Shown piece by piece: positions 16,140 to 35,638 of a stretch of DNA of 64,000 nucleotides. This stretch comes from the human T2T-CHM13v2.0 reference genome, Homo sapiens. The translations under genes and the position numbers were made by a program. Under the pieces are notes generated by a model. It was not told where the DNA came from and did no database searches. It saw nothing but the letters and a program-made list of their open reading frames with translations. Within the stretch, counting starts at the first letter, position 1; each line of letters opens with the position of its first letter. Location of the stretch: the NCBI RefSeq assembly GCF_009914755.1, contig NC_060930.1, one strand, 5' to 3'.

Positions 16140-16930
16140 TCTTCGGAGCAACTGTGCTGAAATTCCGTACGCGTGACGTTCCCACCCTCTGCCACTCGGT
16201 GACGTCACGATCAATCCCACCACTAAGTTCCCAGCCAAGCGCTACCGCCGCTATCTCGCGAGAGCCGTAGTTTCTTCCATTCTGTTTTGGACATGCGCGG
16301 GGCGTAAGGCGCTTTGGCCAGAGTGGTTTGATGGTTTTGTGTTAGTCTTCCTGCAGCTGAGCTTCCACAAGACACTTTTTCCCTTTCAGCCACCCAATAT
16401 CTCGCGAGACTTGCTATTCTGCGCCCCCTCCTACCTTGCGCTTGCGCAGATCTTCAAAGCAGAAGGTCGCGCTTGGAGGAAGTGGCGGCTTTGAGTCCGG
16501 TGGCCCAATCGCTGTTACTACTTCTCTGAAGCTCCTCTCGGCTGCTTGCCGAGACACCCTGCCGCCAAGATGCCTCGAATTATGATCAAGGGGGGCGTAT
16601 GGAGGAATACCGAGGTAAGTCTCCTTTTCCCGCCGTCCGCTGCCCGCCGCTCCCTCTAGCAGCTTGTGCGCACGCGCGCGGAGGTCGGGGAGGCGACGAG
16701 GAGACCCCGTGGGGTCTGCGTGGAGGGCAGCCCGGGGGCTGACCCTTGGGGCCCTTTCCGTGTGTCTGGCCCCGTGTTGTGCGAGCGCCAGTAGGACAGG
16801 GACCGTGATGTCACCACCTGGCTACTCGGCTCCAAGCTCACTTGTTAGGCCCTGAGTGAACATTTGTTGACTTGAATACGCCCCCTCCCACCCCGCCCCC
16901 CCGCCCCCCCCCGGCCCCGGGAAGAACTCA
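16140..16930 (+). promoter_or_regulatory. CDC5L: CDC5L CpG-island promoter, 5' UTR and start of intron 1
   Basis: High CpG density; CRE TGACGTCA 16200-16207; TCTCGCGAGA 16254-16263 and 16400-16409; CCAAT 16394 and 16505; NRF1-like TGCGCTTGCGCA 16437-16448; ETS GGAAGT 16478-16483; Kozak gccgccaagATG; no TATA box seen. Confidence 0.9.
16570..16614 (+). CDS. CDC5L: CDC5L exon 1 coding part (MPRIMIKGGVWRNTE)
   Basis: Conserved CDC5/Cef1 N-terminus; GAG|gtaagt donor. Confidence 0.98.
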
Positions 16931-17619
16931 GAGTTCCAACTCAGCCAGAGTTGGTCCCCCGGGGCACCATCCACTCTTAGTCCAGGCACCACGACTCTGT
17001 CTCATACTCAGAAATAAAGAAGTTGCCGTGGCCACAACTTTGTGTCTCCATTGACTTCCTTGCAGAGGGGAAGCAGTTTGAGTGCCAGGTTCAGAGAGCC
17101 CGTTTATGCCCGCATCTCTCTGGTTATCTGTTATCAGGGCATAACCTGTCTGCCATCTCGACAGATCCCAAGGTCTGTCTCTTTCTGTCACTGCCTTTGC
17201 CTAGATAGAAGCCAGAAAGGAAAAACTGGCCTAGGATAGTCTCTGTTTCCAGAAACGTAGTGGATAGTGCCATTGGTGAGCCAAAGGGCAGTAGAGTGGG
17301 AATGAAATAGAAATTAGATTTTAGTGCGTTTTGTGTTCAGAGTGTACCGAATTTATCAGTTTCTGGAGCACATCATGTCTTTTCATGCTCTGTGTCTTTT
17401 TTTCGTTACATTTTATGGCTTCTTTTTTTTTTTTTTTTTACATCTTTTGCCTTCCTAGCGCTTGACATCTTTCTGATCATCCTTCAAACCTAGTTCGGAA
17501 ACACTTCTTGGAATCTCTGTAAGAATTAATTGCACCCCCGATATTCTCATGATACCTTTTTCTTCCGTTTGTTAAAACTTGCTTTGTCTTTTTGTAAGCA
17601 TCACATCCTCTGTGTGGTA

Positions 17620-17890
17620 CTCGGTAAGTTTCTTAACTTCTGAAAGCCTCAGTTTTCTACTTTTTCTAAATTGGGATAATAATACTTACCTCTCTTGAGG
17701 ATTACACGAGTTAATACGTTTGGAATATTTAGATCAGAGTAGGGCACATAGTAGCCTCTGAGTAAGAGCTAGTTGCTCTTTCACCTCACCAGACAGCATG
17801 GCGAGAGGACCAGGTCTTGGTATCCCTAGGACCTAGGACAGTAACCAACATGAAGTAGGTTGCTCGACAGGTATTTGCAGAATGAATCAA
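17620..17890. mobile_element. MIR followed by an L2 3' fragment
   Basis: gcctcagttttc...taaattgggataataatacttacc; ...tatttgcagaatgaat. Confidence 0.55.
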
Positions 17891-19013
17891 GTAGAGTAGG
17901 TATCTGCTGTATCTATTTAATTGAAAATGTGTTTAAGTGTAGTTGTACTGCAACCAAGTTACAAAAAAGACAATGAAAACTGCCTCAGCTTCCACCGAGG
18001 GAACCAGACTGTTTAAATTGGAGAAGAGATGACTTCTGAGGGAGAGACAGATATAAAATCAAGTAACAGTAGGATTCCTATGCAGTGGTCAAAGCTCTGC
18101 AGTCTTTTTAAAAAGTATCTTTGATCATGGGAGATGTAGAGGATGGAGTGGGGTATCTCAAGAGGCACGTACCTCAAATCCAATGTGGGAAAAAAAGCCT
18201 AGAAGTAAAATCGCCTAAGTGCATGCATCTATGGCTCCATTAACTTTCTTGTCTTTGGCTTGGCTTGCCAGGCTTCCTTGAGGTTGGTGCATTCCACATG
18301 GCAATGGGTGCCCTGGTGAAATGGTATCTAGAGATGGGGGGAAATTGGAAGGAGAGCTGACTAGTGGGGTTGGGGTAGAAATATGTAATTCTTAGGTTAG
18401 ACCTGAGATGTGGATTCTTGGGTCATAGTTGGGGTTAAGGGGCTGGAGGGGAAATGCCATGTATAAACTTGAGACAGGAGGCTTGGATTGGAGAATATAT
18501 TCACCAGAGTCCCAACTTGCTTCTTGAGGCCTGGATATGTCCTGTTTGATAAGACCTTTCCCCAAGGGAAAGGTAGATGTTTCAAGGTAGATGTTCAGGA
18601 AGTGTTTTTTGAGTGAGTGTATAAATGAATGAGTTATACATTTTTGTTGTTGTTGTGTTTTTTAGTTATCCTTTTTGAAGAGAAGGACAGCCACACGTTG
18701 AAGAATACTTTTTCTTAATTTTTGTCATAAAGTAGGGTTTCTCAGATTGGGCTGTTCCCACTCCCAATTTATTGGAGAGTGTGGTGTAAGGGTGGGTAGC
18801 TGTCTTTCTAAGGGATTTCTTCTTAATTTCTCAATTCTTGGTTGCTGTTATTATAGTTAATGAGGTTTTCATCCTTAGTCTTTTAACCTAGGGGGTGTGT
18901 ATGTGCATGTTATATGTCTCTTTCTCCAATAGCCCTATCAGAGTTAATTTAAATTTTGTCTTTTCCCACTTGGAGTTTTGTGACTGAATGTACTCTTTGG
19001 CAATTTTTTTTAG

Positions 19014-19130
<117 letters not shown>

Positions 19131-19616
19131 TAATAAGTGGAAAACAGAAAAGGAGCTTAATTATGATGATGGAAAATGTCAACTCTGTGAACCTTATCAA
19201 AGAAAGCAGACATTGTAATATAACAAGGCATGGAGTGGGAGATGGAAGTTGGGTGTTTGACTTAGCTGTCACTTGCTTCCTGTGTGGTCTTAGGCAAGCC
19301 ATTTTTCTATCCCTCTCCCCTGCCCTTGTTTTCTCCCAATTAGGGATAATAATACTTGGTCCTGACTGATAGAGATGTGAGTTGTCATCTAAATGGGTTA
19401 ATGTATTTGAGAGTGCTTTGTGAAGCATACAAAGTCTACTTTCAGGGACAGATGAGCCCCAGCTTGTAAATTAATTGTGTTCTAAAAGTGCATAAGTTAG
19501 CTGTTTTAGAAATTACTTGCTCAAAGAAATAAATGATAAATAATGGCTAATTTTCTAAGTAAGCCTACAGTAGTTGAGTTTCCTCATAATACAGTTGAAA
19601 TATTATATATTTTATA

Positions 19617-19900
19617 GTTAATATGTTATATATTATATATTAAACATACTTAATGTTATATATTATATATTAAACATATTTAATATGTTATATATTATAT
19701 ATTAAACATATTTAATATGTTATATATTATATATTAAACATATTTAATATGTTATATATTATATATTAAACATTTAATATGTTATATATTATATATTAAA
19801 CATATTTAATATGTTATATATTATATATTAAACATATTTAATATGTTATATATTGTATATATTAAACATATTTAATATGTTATATATATTAAAACATATA
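19617..19900. repeat. AT-rich minisatellite, ~9 x 32 bp (ttaatatgttatatattatatattaaacatat)
   Basis: aaac anchors at 19642, 19672, 19704, 19736, 19768, 19798, 19830, 19864, 19892. Confidence 0.95.
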
Positions 19901-19912
19901 AGCCAACTCTGA

Positions 19913-20229
<317 letters not shown>

Positions 20230-20407
20230 GGTGTCACCTCTTAAATCATAGGGTAGTGGACACGTGAAGCTATTTAGGGTGTTCTTGGCATGAGTTATTT
20301 AGCACCATCCCCAAGTCATGTGGCATTAGGAAAATACTTTGGATTGTATAAGAATGACCTAATTTCCTAGGCACCTGGTTAGGGGAAAGTATCAGAATGT
20401 AGAAATT

Positions 20408-20734
<327 letters not shown>

Positions 20735-21331
20735 TTAGTGGTACCAGTTCCTGCTGTCATATTTGGTAGGACTTAAGTCCTGGTTGCCTGCCTGTCATCC
20801 AGCTAAGTAGACTGGATGGAAAAGGTGGGCTGGGTGGGGAATTAGGAAAGACAGAGGGAATGTCATAGTAGTTTTACTTAAATTTTAAAACATATCAAAT
20901 GAAAGGTTACGGTGAATTTAGTGAGTGTAAGTCAAATGCTTAAAGAAATAAGCCATGGTGTGAGAATCAAAGCATGAGAAAATAGTATGAAAACTGGAAA
21001 CACTGTAAGAAACGTGATTTTGTATTGTCTTCCAAATATTTCAAAATTTCTAGAAAAGCGTAAATAAATAAAAACATGATAGATGAGAAAGAAGGCATAT
21101 GATCATGATTCAGTGAAGTAACCTTTTTTAACCATTACTAATCTTGCATAATTAAAATAAAATAGAATGTGATGAGATGGGGAATATTGACTGGGGTAAG
21201 TGTAACCACACAGCAAATATTCTGTTGTCAAAAAGAACAGTTTTTGTAATTGAAGGATGAGAGCACAAGTCAGTGTATCCATTGTGCAAATTGGATATTT
21301 ATGCCAGGTAACTGATTAATATATAAAATGA

Positions 21332-21508
<177 letters not shown>

Positions 21509-21843
21509 TAAGTGAGTCTTCAGAAAGAGCATAGAATATATGTATATGTTCTGAAAGAGGCTGAATAAACTTTGAGTATTTTCTGTCTTTAAACTTTTAA
21601 TTATGGATGTGAGTAAACCCAGAGCTAAAGCCATTGGATAATATTTTCCATATCTCAGATGGTTGATCAAAATTATGCCTTCTGTCATATACTTCCTAAA
21701 ATAATAATTTAAAAGAATTATACAAGTCATGCATGTTCATCATAGAAAATCTGGGGAAAAAATAGTAAAAGAGCAAATAAAAGTCACCCATAATCACACT
21801 GCTAAGAATTAACTACTGGAACATTTTGGTTCTTTACTAATAG

Positions 21844-21875
<32 letters not shown>

Positions 21876-22012
21876 GTATGGCTGTACCGCATTTGTGATT
21901 AGGATCTGTTTGGGTTCTATTTTAGAGTGATTGAAACCAGTCACTGAAATCAGCAAATTTTAATATCATTTCTTTCAGATGAAGTGATAGTAAAAAGGCT
22001 TTATGTTGTTAA

Positions 22013-22267
<255 letters not shown>

Positions 22268-22352
22268 TGAGGAATTTATTTCTTTGGTAACTGTAAACTC
22301 CTTGGGCCTCACTCTTTTAGTTCCTTTCTGAACTCCTCTACTTTAGAATCCC

Positions 22353-22645
22353 TTTTTTTTTTGAGACAAGGTCTTGCTCTGTTACCCAGGCTGGAATGAA
22401 GTGGCACAATCATGGTTCACTGCGGTTTTGACCTCCTGGGCTTAAGCAATCCTCCCATCTCAGCCTCCTGAGTAGTTGGGACTACAGGTTTATGCCGCCA
22501 TACCTGGCTAATTTTTAAATTTTTTTGTAGAGATGGGGTCTCCCTGTGTTACCCAGGCTGGTCTCAAACTCCTGGGCTTAAGCTATCCTCCCTTTTCTGC
22601 CTCCAAAAGTGTTGAGATTATAGGTGTGAGCCACCATACCTGATC
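22353..22645 (-). mobile_element. AluJ
   Basis: Reverse-complement Alu. Confidence 0.88.
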
Positions 22646-22786
22646 CCCAATTCTGTCAGCAGTGTTCTTATTCTAAGTATCTTTCCAAATATGTCCAGTG
22701 TTTTCTGTTATAGAGTAGTTGCTTTTTCTGAACAGCGCCCCTTCATCTTCTGTTTCTTCAATTCAGTTAATTAAGTTAATTAAGTG

Positions 22787-22950
22787 TTACGGGGTGTGGT
22801 GGTATGTGCCTGTAGTGCTAGCTGCTAAGGAAGTTGAGGTGGGTCGATCTCTTTAGCCCAGGAGTTGGAGGCCAGTCTGGGCAACATAACCCCTTGAGCC
22901 CAGAAGTTGGAGGCCAGCCTGGGCAGCATAACGAGACCCTGTCTTTAAAA
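22787..22950 (+). mobile_element. FLAM/FAM Alu monomer with an internal duplication
   Basis: Monomer with a repeated ~40-bp B-box segment. Confidence 0.75.
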
Positions 22951-23184
22951 CTGAGTAGTGTAATTCTACTGAGTAGATTTTTCAGAGGCTAGAGGTGAGC
23001 CCTTGAAGATCCTGTTTCTCATTCCTATTCCATGGAGAGAGACATCAAGTCAGAATATTGGACCTCAGTCCTCCTATTAATTACTTATTTGACTATAGGC
23101 AAGTTATTTATTCTGTGTGAGAAGGCAACCTGTGAGACGGTGATGGAGACTTAACAGTGATTCTGGGAGGCATTGAATCAGGAA

Positions 23185-24015
23185 TTCCACAATAGAAAGT
23201 ATATGGAATCAACCTAAGTGTCCATTAATGGGTGAATGGATAAAGAAAATGTGGACTGGGCATGGTGGCTCACGCCTGTAATCCCAGCACGTTGGGAGGC
23301 TGAGGTGGGCAGATCACTTGAGCCCAGGAGTTCAAGATCAGCCTGGCCAACATGGTGAAACCCTGCCTCTATAAAAAAATACAAAAATTAGCCAGGCTGA
23401 GGTGGGAGAATCACTTGAGCCCGGGAGGCTGGGTTTGCCATGAGCTGAGATCAAGCACTGCACTCCAGCCTGGGCAACAGAGCAGGACCCTGTCTCAAAA
23501 AAAAAAAAAAAAAAAAAAAATGGTATACACACACACACACACACACACGAATACTATTTGGTCATAAAAAGCAATGAAATCATGTCATTTGCAGCAACAT
23601 GGATGGCAGTAGAAGTCATTATGTTCAGTGAAATAAGCCAGGCACAGAGAGACAAATACTGCATATTCTTCCTCATATGTGGGAGCTAAAAGCGTTGATC
23701 TCATGGAGTTAGAATAGAGTGATAGATGCCAGAGGCTGGGTATGGTGTGTGGGTGGGAGAGCGGGATTAAGAGAGGTTGGTTAATGGGTACAAACGTAGA
23801 TGGAAAGAAATAAGTTATAATGTTTGATAGCAGAATAGGGTGACTATAGTTAGCAACAGTGTATTACATATTTCAAAGTAGCTGGAAGAGAGGTCTGAAA
23901 TAAATACTCAAGGTGATGGGTACCCCAGATATACTGACTTGATCATTACACATTCTATGCATGTAACAAACTCTCACATGTACCCTATAAATATGTAAAG
24001 TATGATGTATCAGTT
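23185..24015 (+). mobile_element. L1MA 3' end carrying an Alu (23253-23520) and (CA)n (23526-23547)
   Basis: ggaatcaacctaagtgtccat...tttgcagcaacatggatg...catgtaccctataaatatg. Confidence 0.8.
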
Positions 24016-24029
24016 AACAGAATCAGGAA

Positions 24030-24850
24030 TTGGATTTTCAACCCGTGTGTGCCACCTATTAGCTGTTTGACCTTAGACAAGTCATAAAATCTCTCTGAGC
24101 TTTGATTCCCTTTCTTGCGAGATGGGGAATACTAATACCTGCTTTACCTTAGCAGGGTTGTTGTGAAGCACTCAGTGAATATTTGTTAAGTTTCTAAAAT
24201 GTAAAGTTTGAACATAGTGGTTCCCAAAGGCAGGCTGTGGCTAGGCTGGCTGCATCATTATCACAGGGGGAGCATTTAAAAATAGAAATATCAGGGCTTC
24301 TCCTGTATATACTGAGTCAGTACATCTGGGGTGGTGTGGGAGGCACGGGAAGAGCAGTGATCTTGGAATCTGAGTATTTTACAAGTTCCCATGTGATTTA
24401 GTTGGACAGCCTTGCATAGGAATTGTTCTAAGGCATCAATAGTGGCATGTATTATTCCATTCTATAGAGCCACGAAAAATGTATTGGATGAGAGAAATTG
24501 TTCTGAGGGGAAAAAAAAGTATCTAATGATAGTTGTTCTCTCATAATTAAATAGTTTTTACCCTATTTCACAATTTGTGCTGTGCCAGTTAGTTGATAAT
24601 AATGAAGGATACAATAATTGTAGCCACTGTTTAATGAATGCTTGCGAGATGCTTTACATATTTCGTTTTACTTAGCCCTTCTCAAAATCCTTGTGAAATA
24701 GGAATTGTTATTCGAATTTTATAGGGAAACCATGCTTAGGGAGGGTAAGTAAGTGACTAAGGTCACATAGCTAGCAAGTGGTGGGCCTGGTTTTTAACCT
24801 AGGTTCTTTGACTTCAAAACTCAAGCTGTTTCCATTATGCTACACCATAA
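24030..24850. mobile_element. MIR, MER5-like and MIR fragments
   Basis: MIR core motifs at ~24070-24170 and ~24680-24800; agtggttcccaa...ctgcatca at ~24217. Confidence 0.5.
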
Positions 24851-24926
24851 AATCAGTATTTTTATGTTTTTTTCTCATTTTGAGCAATAGAGTGTCTCTT
24901 ACATACCTTGCTTCTAGAGTATGTAA

Positions 24927-25082
<156 letters not shown>

Positions 25083-25089
25083 TAGGAAT

Positions 25090-25925
25090 AAAAAGCAAAG
25101 TGTTTTTCTCACATAACAATCAACACAGAATACTTCTGTGACCAGATATGTGGTTTTTTTTTTTTTTTCCCCTCTCCACCAGCAATCAGGCAATCAATTC
25201 TGCAGTGGATAGCTGGGTGTCCTCTAATTCAGTTAACTCTAATACTGTCTACCTGGAGATAGCTCCAGATCTTACAGGTTGAGGACTTAGTCCCACAAGA
25301 CTGAACCCCAGTTTTGATGCTGACCCTAAACCCCAGGTTATTTTGCTTGTGTTTCTGACCAGCGAGCTGGGTTCCACTGCCCCTTCCTTGGGTTCCATTC
25401 ATCTGCTAGAGGACTCACAGAACTCAGGGAAACACCCACATTTACAAAGGATATTTTAAAGGATACAAATCAACGGCCCCATGAAGAGATACACAGGGTG
25501 AAGCCTGGAAGGGTCCTGAGTGCAGGTGCTTATGTCCCATTGAAGTTGGGATATGCCACCCTCCCAGCCAGTGGGTGTGTTCTTGTTCACCTTTTCGGAA
25601 GCCCCCATGTATTTGGCTGCCCACAAGTTCTCCAGACTCTGTCCTTTTGGGTTTTTATGGAGGCTTCATTAAATAGGCAAGATTGATTACATCATTGGCC
25701 ATTGCTTATCAACTCGACCTTCAGCCTTTCTCCCCTCCCCTGAGGTTGGGGGTTGTGGCTGAAAGTCCCAAGCCCTCTAATCCTGCCGTGGTCTTTCTGG
25801 TGACTGCCAGCTATCAGTCAACTCATTAACATGCAGAAAGACACTTTTCACTTGGAAGAGTCCCAGGATTTTAGGAGTTGCATTGTTGGAAACGGATGAA
25901 GACCAAATACATTATTTCACAATGT
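25090..25925 (-). mobile_element. MER21-like LTR
   Basis: gctgggtgtcctctaattcag...ctacctggagatagc...ggctgaaagtcccaagccctctaatc. Confidence 0.7.
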
Positions 25926-27509
25926 GTGCTTGTCTCCATTCATAGTTCAATAATTAGTCTAGGCATCCTTAGGACCAATAAAACTGCATGATTTATTAAC
26001 CCGTTGGGTGAATAATAATTGGAATTGTCCAGTTCCTATTTCGCTAGTATTCTTTACCTTCTTTATTTCTCTGAAACTATCTTGTATTTTTTTCCCCCAA
26101 CCATTTCAGAATATTTATAGAAAACCATATTTAAAAAAAATTGAAGCTATGGCAGAGGTAATGCCCAGTTTATCCAGTATGTTGAGTGTGTTCTGTTGGC
26201 ATATGAGAGCTTCATTTGTTGTAGCTATTTTGGAGTCAGATGACTGTAGGACACACAAGATTATGTGTCTTTTGTATGACTGCCAATTAGTTACTTTCCT
26301 TGATTGGTATTGGGAAGGCACTGGCTGTGAAACAGGAAACTTGGCTGAACAAAGAGGGAATTAATGAGCTTAGAACCAAATTTTAGGCCCTCATAGAAAT
26401 CTTTATTTAAAAAGTAAACGAATATATATTACACATTGTCTTTCACTCAGGATTTTCTTCACTTTCCCCTTTTTTCCTTTTGGTTAAGTCCATGATTGAT
26501 ATCAGTTCTAATAGCCCAGAAACCAAGATGATGTCACTAAAGGGCAAATCTGGACTGTGTCACAGCTTATTAGCTTCTGGGATTCAGGCCCTAGAATAAC
26601 CTCCCTATCCTGTACAGTGCCCCTTGTGGCCCCCAGGTTGGCCTGCTGATTCTTCTTGACCTGATGACCAGCATTATGTTGTAATTAATGGCTTTGAAGT
26701 GCCAGATCCTGGGATGGAGGGTTTTTTAATGTCTGAGGATGCGTGTTGGCAGAGCTGGCCAATTGCTAGCCTAGAATAGTTAGCTTATTTGGGGGTATTA
26801 GCTGCCGGGGACAGTAAACAGAAACCAAGAGGAGGTACTAACTTTTCCACCATTCTTGGCCACCTCTCTATTCTGTATACTCTTCAGAGTTAAGTACTGT
26901 GAGTAAGGTTGAAAAAAAATCACTTTTCCATTTTTATCCATGGTTGTAGGGGACCAAATTTTTAGAGCCCTTTAACCGTGTGGATTGGGCCAGGGACACA
27001 GCAAATGCATATGTGAAAAATCTCCAAGTGTGGCTAGCATTGATTGCTTTAAATAAAATTTGCAGATTTTAATTTACCCTGTAATTTCTTGTAGGCATTC
27101 TTGTAGAATCTACACATCTTTGTAAGTTATATTCTAACAGGCTGGAATGGCCTCTATGCAAAGTGCAGGGCAGGGCTATTTGCTTTTAAATGTTAAATTA
27201 CAAATCTACCTTGTAACTTAAAGCAGTTTTTTATTGATTATAAAAGTAACACATTTTTCCTTCTAGTATTGTTAATGTTCTCATTTTGGGACATAGGTAA
27301 TATAATGCTATATGGCTTGGTTATATTCATTTAGCATTATTGTGTAAAGGTTTTCTAATGTGGATTGAAGTCCTTATTTCCATTATTTAAAGAATGAAAT
27401 TACTTTAAAATTTGAAATACATTTTTCTAAACTTTTCTCTCTCTCAACATAGATGTGCATTTATGTGTATATATGTACACTAACGTTTATACAAAGTTGG
27501 ATCATACTG

Positions 27510-31160
<3,651 letters not shown>

Positions 31161-32416
31161 ATAGATACTGTTTTGTAACTTGTTTTCCATCTTTCATATT
31201 GTGAATAGCTTTTCTTATCACGAAATCATTACAGTTATAGCAACATAGGAAGATGCAAAGAAAAAAAGTAAAAATTAAATGGAATTCCACCCTCCAATGA
31301 CTATCGTTATTAATATTTTGATGGACATCCTTCATATCTCCTCAGGCACATATTCATTGATAGATATGCATACAGTTCTTATGTGTTGCCCTGTAACATG
31401 TAAACTTTCTAACATTTTTTACACAGTGGTATGTCTTGGGCCTCTTTCCATATCAGAGTAGATTTATAGCCTTTTAAAAGTTTATGTAAATGTCTGTATA
31501 ATATCTTATAAATTCATTTAATTTCTTACTGATAGTTGTTTAGATTGTATCCAGCTATCTACTATCATAAACAGTGCTTAGTGAACAGCTTTGTAATTAA
31601 GTCCTTGTTCATGGTGTAACTTATTTCCTCAGGCTAAAGGCTAAGGAGTGAAATTGCTGCTCAAAAAATATGAAAATCTTTAGACTATGAATGTGTATTT
31701 CTAACTTCTCTTTGGGAAGAGATGCACCAATATACTTTTTCATTACCAGTGCAGCAGACTGTCCATTTTTTGCAGCCTTGCCGTTAAAACAAAACAAAAA
31801 ACTGAATGGTGTTAATTAGATATGCACAAATGGTACTTGTTAATTTAATTTGTGATTCTTTAATTGTTAAATAAAACTTTTGTCATTTTAGTTACCTGCA
31901 TTTTTTGCTTTGTGAATTGTTTCCTTTTGCTCTTTTTACACCCTTTGAGTGCATTAAAAAAAAAAAAAAACTTTGCTTAGACTGTTTATATTTAACCATC
32001 ATACTAGTTGCAAATATTTTTTCCTACTATTTGCCTTTTAATTTCATTTATAAATTTTCATAGTGTTACAGTTAGAAGTTTTATATCTCAAAGCTATTCA
32101 ATGTATAGATGAGTGGATTAAAAGGAAAAAAAAGCTGTTGATTTTTTTCATTTGCCATTTATTTAATTTATATTTAGTAAGTACATTTCCATCCAGAGAT
32201 AAGATATGTATTTACTTGTAGTTCCTTTTGGTTTTTCTTTTTGCCTTATTATGTGTATGTGTGTGTGCACCTTTAAATTAAAACTAGGATTTGTTTTGGT
32301 GAATGGTGTGAGGTAAGGATTTAAATAACTATTTCTTCCCCAAATAAATAGATACTTTTTTTTTAACTGTATGGGATAATTTATCCCTGTCACATGGCAT
32401 ATGATTTTCAAAGTGA

Positions 32417-32653
<237 letters not shown>

Positions 32654-32777
32654 TAAGTTGCCTTTCTGATTTTGGAAATGGAAAGGAATAGTAGGAGGAG
32701 TCTTACGAAGGGCCAAGTATTATCCTTGTCAGAGCCAGATTTTTATTATTTATTTATTTTACATTTTTTAAAATCAA

Positions 32778-33059
32778 TTTTTTTTTTGAGACAGGGTCTT
32801 GCTGTGTTGCCCAGGCTGGAGTACAGTGGCACAAACACGGCTTACTGAAGCCTTGACCTCCTGGGCTCAAGCAATCCTCCCACCTCAGCCTCCTGAGTAG
32901 CTAGGCCTTCAGGTGCACACCACCACACCTAGCTAATTTTTTTTTATTGTTTTGTAGGGTGGGATCTCCTTTTGTTGTGCAGACTGGTCTCAAACTCCTG
33001 GGCTCAAGCGATCCTTCTTAAAGTGTTGGGATTATAGGCATCAGTTACTGTGCCTGGCC
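32778..33059 (-). mobile_element. AluJ
   Basis: Reverse-complement Alu. Confidence 0.85.
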
Positions 33060-33236
33060 TAGATTTTTATTAGTACAATGTGGCCTACATATGGTTTTAT
33101 TTATTTAATGGATTCATCTTTCTGAGAAAATCAGGGACTGTGGCTATCACGTTTTTAGCACAGAATGCTGTTTATGGCTCTTGAGTTGAAATGCATGGCT
33201 CTCAATTGACTGTTTACTCTTTGAATCACATCTTAA

Positions 33237-33618
<382 letters not shown>

Positions 33619-34479
33619 CTTTTAGTCTTTTCTAGTGAAAAATTTTACCTTGTTTTTATTAAGATGAAATTAAAAGAAAAAACTTACTGATCCTTTCACT
33701 TGATGGGATAAATATACATTTATAAAATCTTTATGTTTTAGGGCATAGCAGATTTTCCCTATTTCTTGAGATTTTTAGTTTCTTTAAATCTCATATCTGA
33801 ATATTGTAGGGAGAGTATTTTATGGTTGTCAAGGGTTTTTTAAAGTTTTCTACTCCGTTGACCTTTCATTTCTGTTGACATGAATTGTTACAAAACAACA
33901 GCTATCAGCCATTGTAAAATAGGATTTTCTTAGATGTACTCCATTGTATTTATTCCTCAGATTAGGACTTTGCTTTAGGTAGGCTCTACAAATAAAGAGA
34001 TTGAACAGGAAAACTATTCATTTGGAAGGAGTACTAAGTGGGGGAGGCAAGAAAGACACACAGAAGGGGAGGAGGTATTCCTGGAGCTTTGAAAGACTGC
34101 TTTGAGCCTGTCTTTAGGCTTCCTAACCATGTTTAGATGTCACTTGTCAGTATTAAGACAGCCTTTTTAAAAAAGTTGTGAATTTTAAGAATCATGAGAA
34201 TTTAATAACAAGTTTTAAAGGGAAATTTAATTATGTTTTAATTTTATTTCTTTCATACACATTTTCCTTTTTACATACTTGTCATACTTTTTCCTATGTG
34301 CACACGTTTTTATTGAATGTATTCATAATATAGGAATAGTTTTTGACATTATGTGGAATGTTTTGTTTATCACAATCTTCATACTTACATGTTTTAATAT
34401 TTAGTACTTCAATTAGGGTACCTTATTGATAATTTTGTTGCTATTCTGAGTTTGCTTTTATCTTGAATATGGTAAGTAA

Positions 34480-34842
<363 letters not shown>

Positions 34843-34912
34843 TAGAAATGAGGTTGTTTGTTCAAAGGGTTTGAGTATTTGTATGGATTTTAATGTTTTT
34901 GGCTATATGTAA

Positions 34913-35098
<186 letters not shown>

Positions 35099-35248
35099 TG
35101 ATAAAAGCAAATTTTTCACTATGTGAATTTATATGCTTATATCATTTATTCAGCAAATGTTTGAAGGCCTGTGTACCAGGTTTGTGCTGGATGCTCTTAA
35201 GAAATTCACAGTTTAATGGGTGAGACACACATAAAAACAAGTAATTGT

Positions 35249-35638
<390 letters not shown>

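Noticed and set aside
16656-17239. GC-rich ORFs in intron 1
   Set aside because: Stop-poor CpG-island sequence, mostly non-ATG starts, no recognisable domain.
19617-19900. Regular ~32-bp repeat superficially like a CRISPR array
   Set aside because: No unique spacers and eukaryotic context; it is a simple tandem minisatellite.
21305-21313. Donor-like CAG|GTAACT 38 nt upstream of exon 3
   Set aside because: Too close to the acceptor to form an intron, and no upstream exon could be defined.
26000-27200. Unique-looking intron 5 stretch as a possible snoRNA or other ncRNA, and ORF 26008-26364
   Set aside because: No paired C/D or H/ACA boxes with terminal stems recognised; the ORF has a GTG start and no homology I can recognise.
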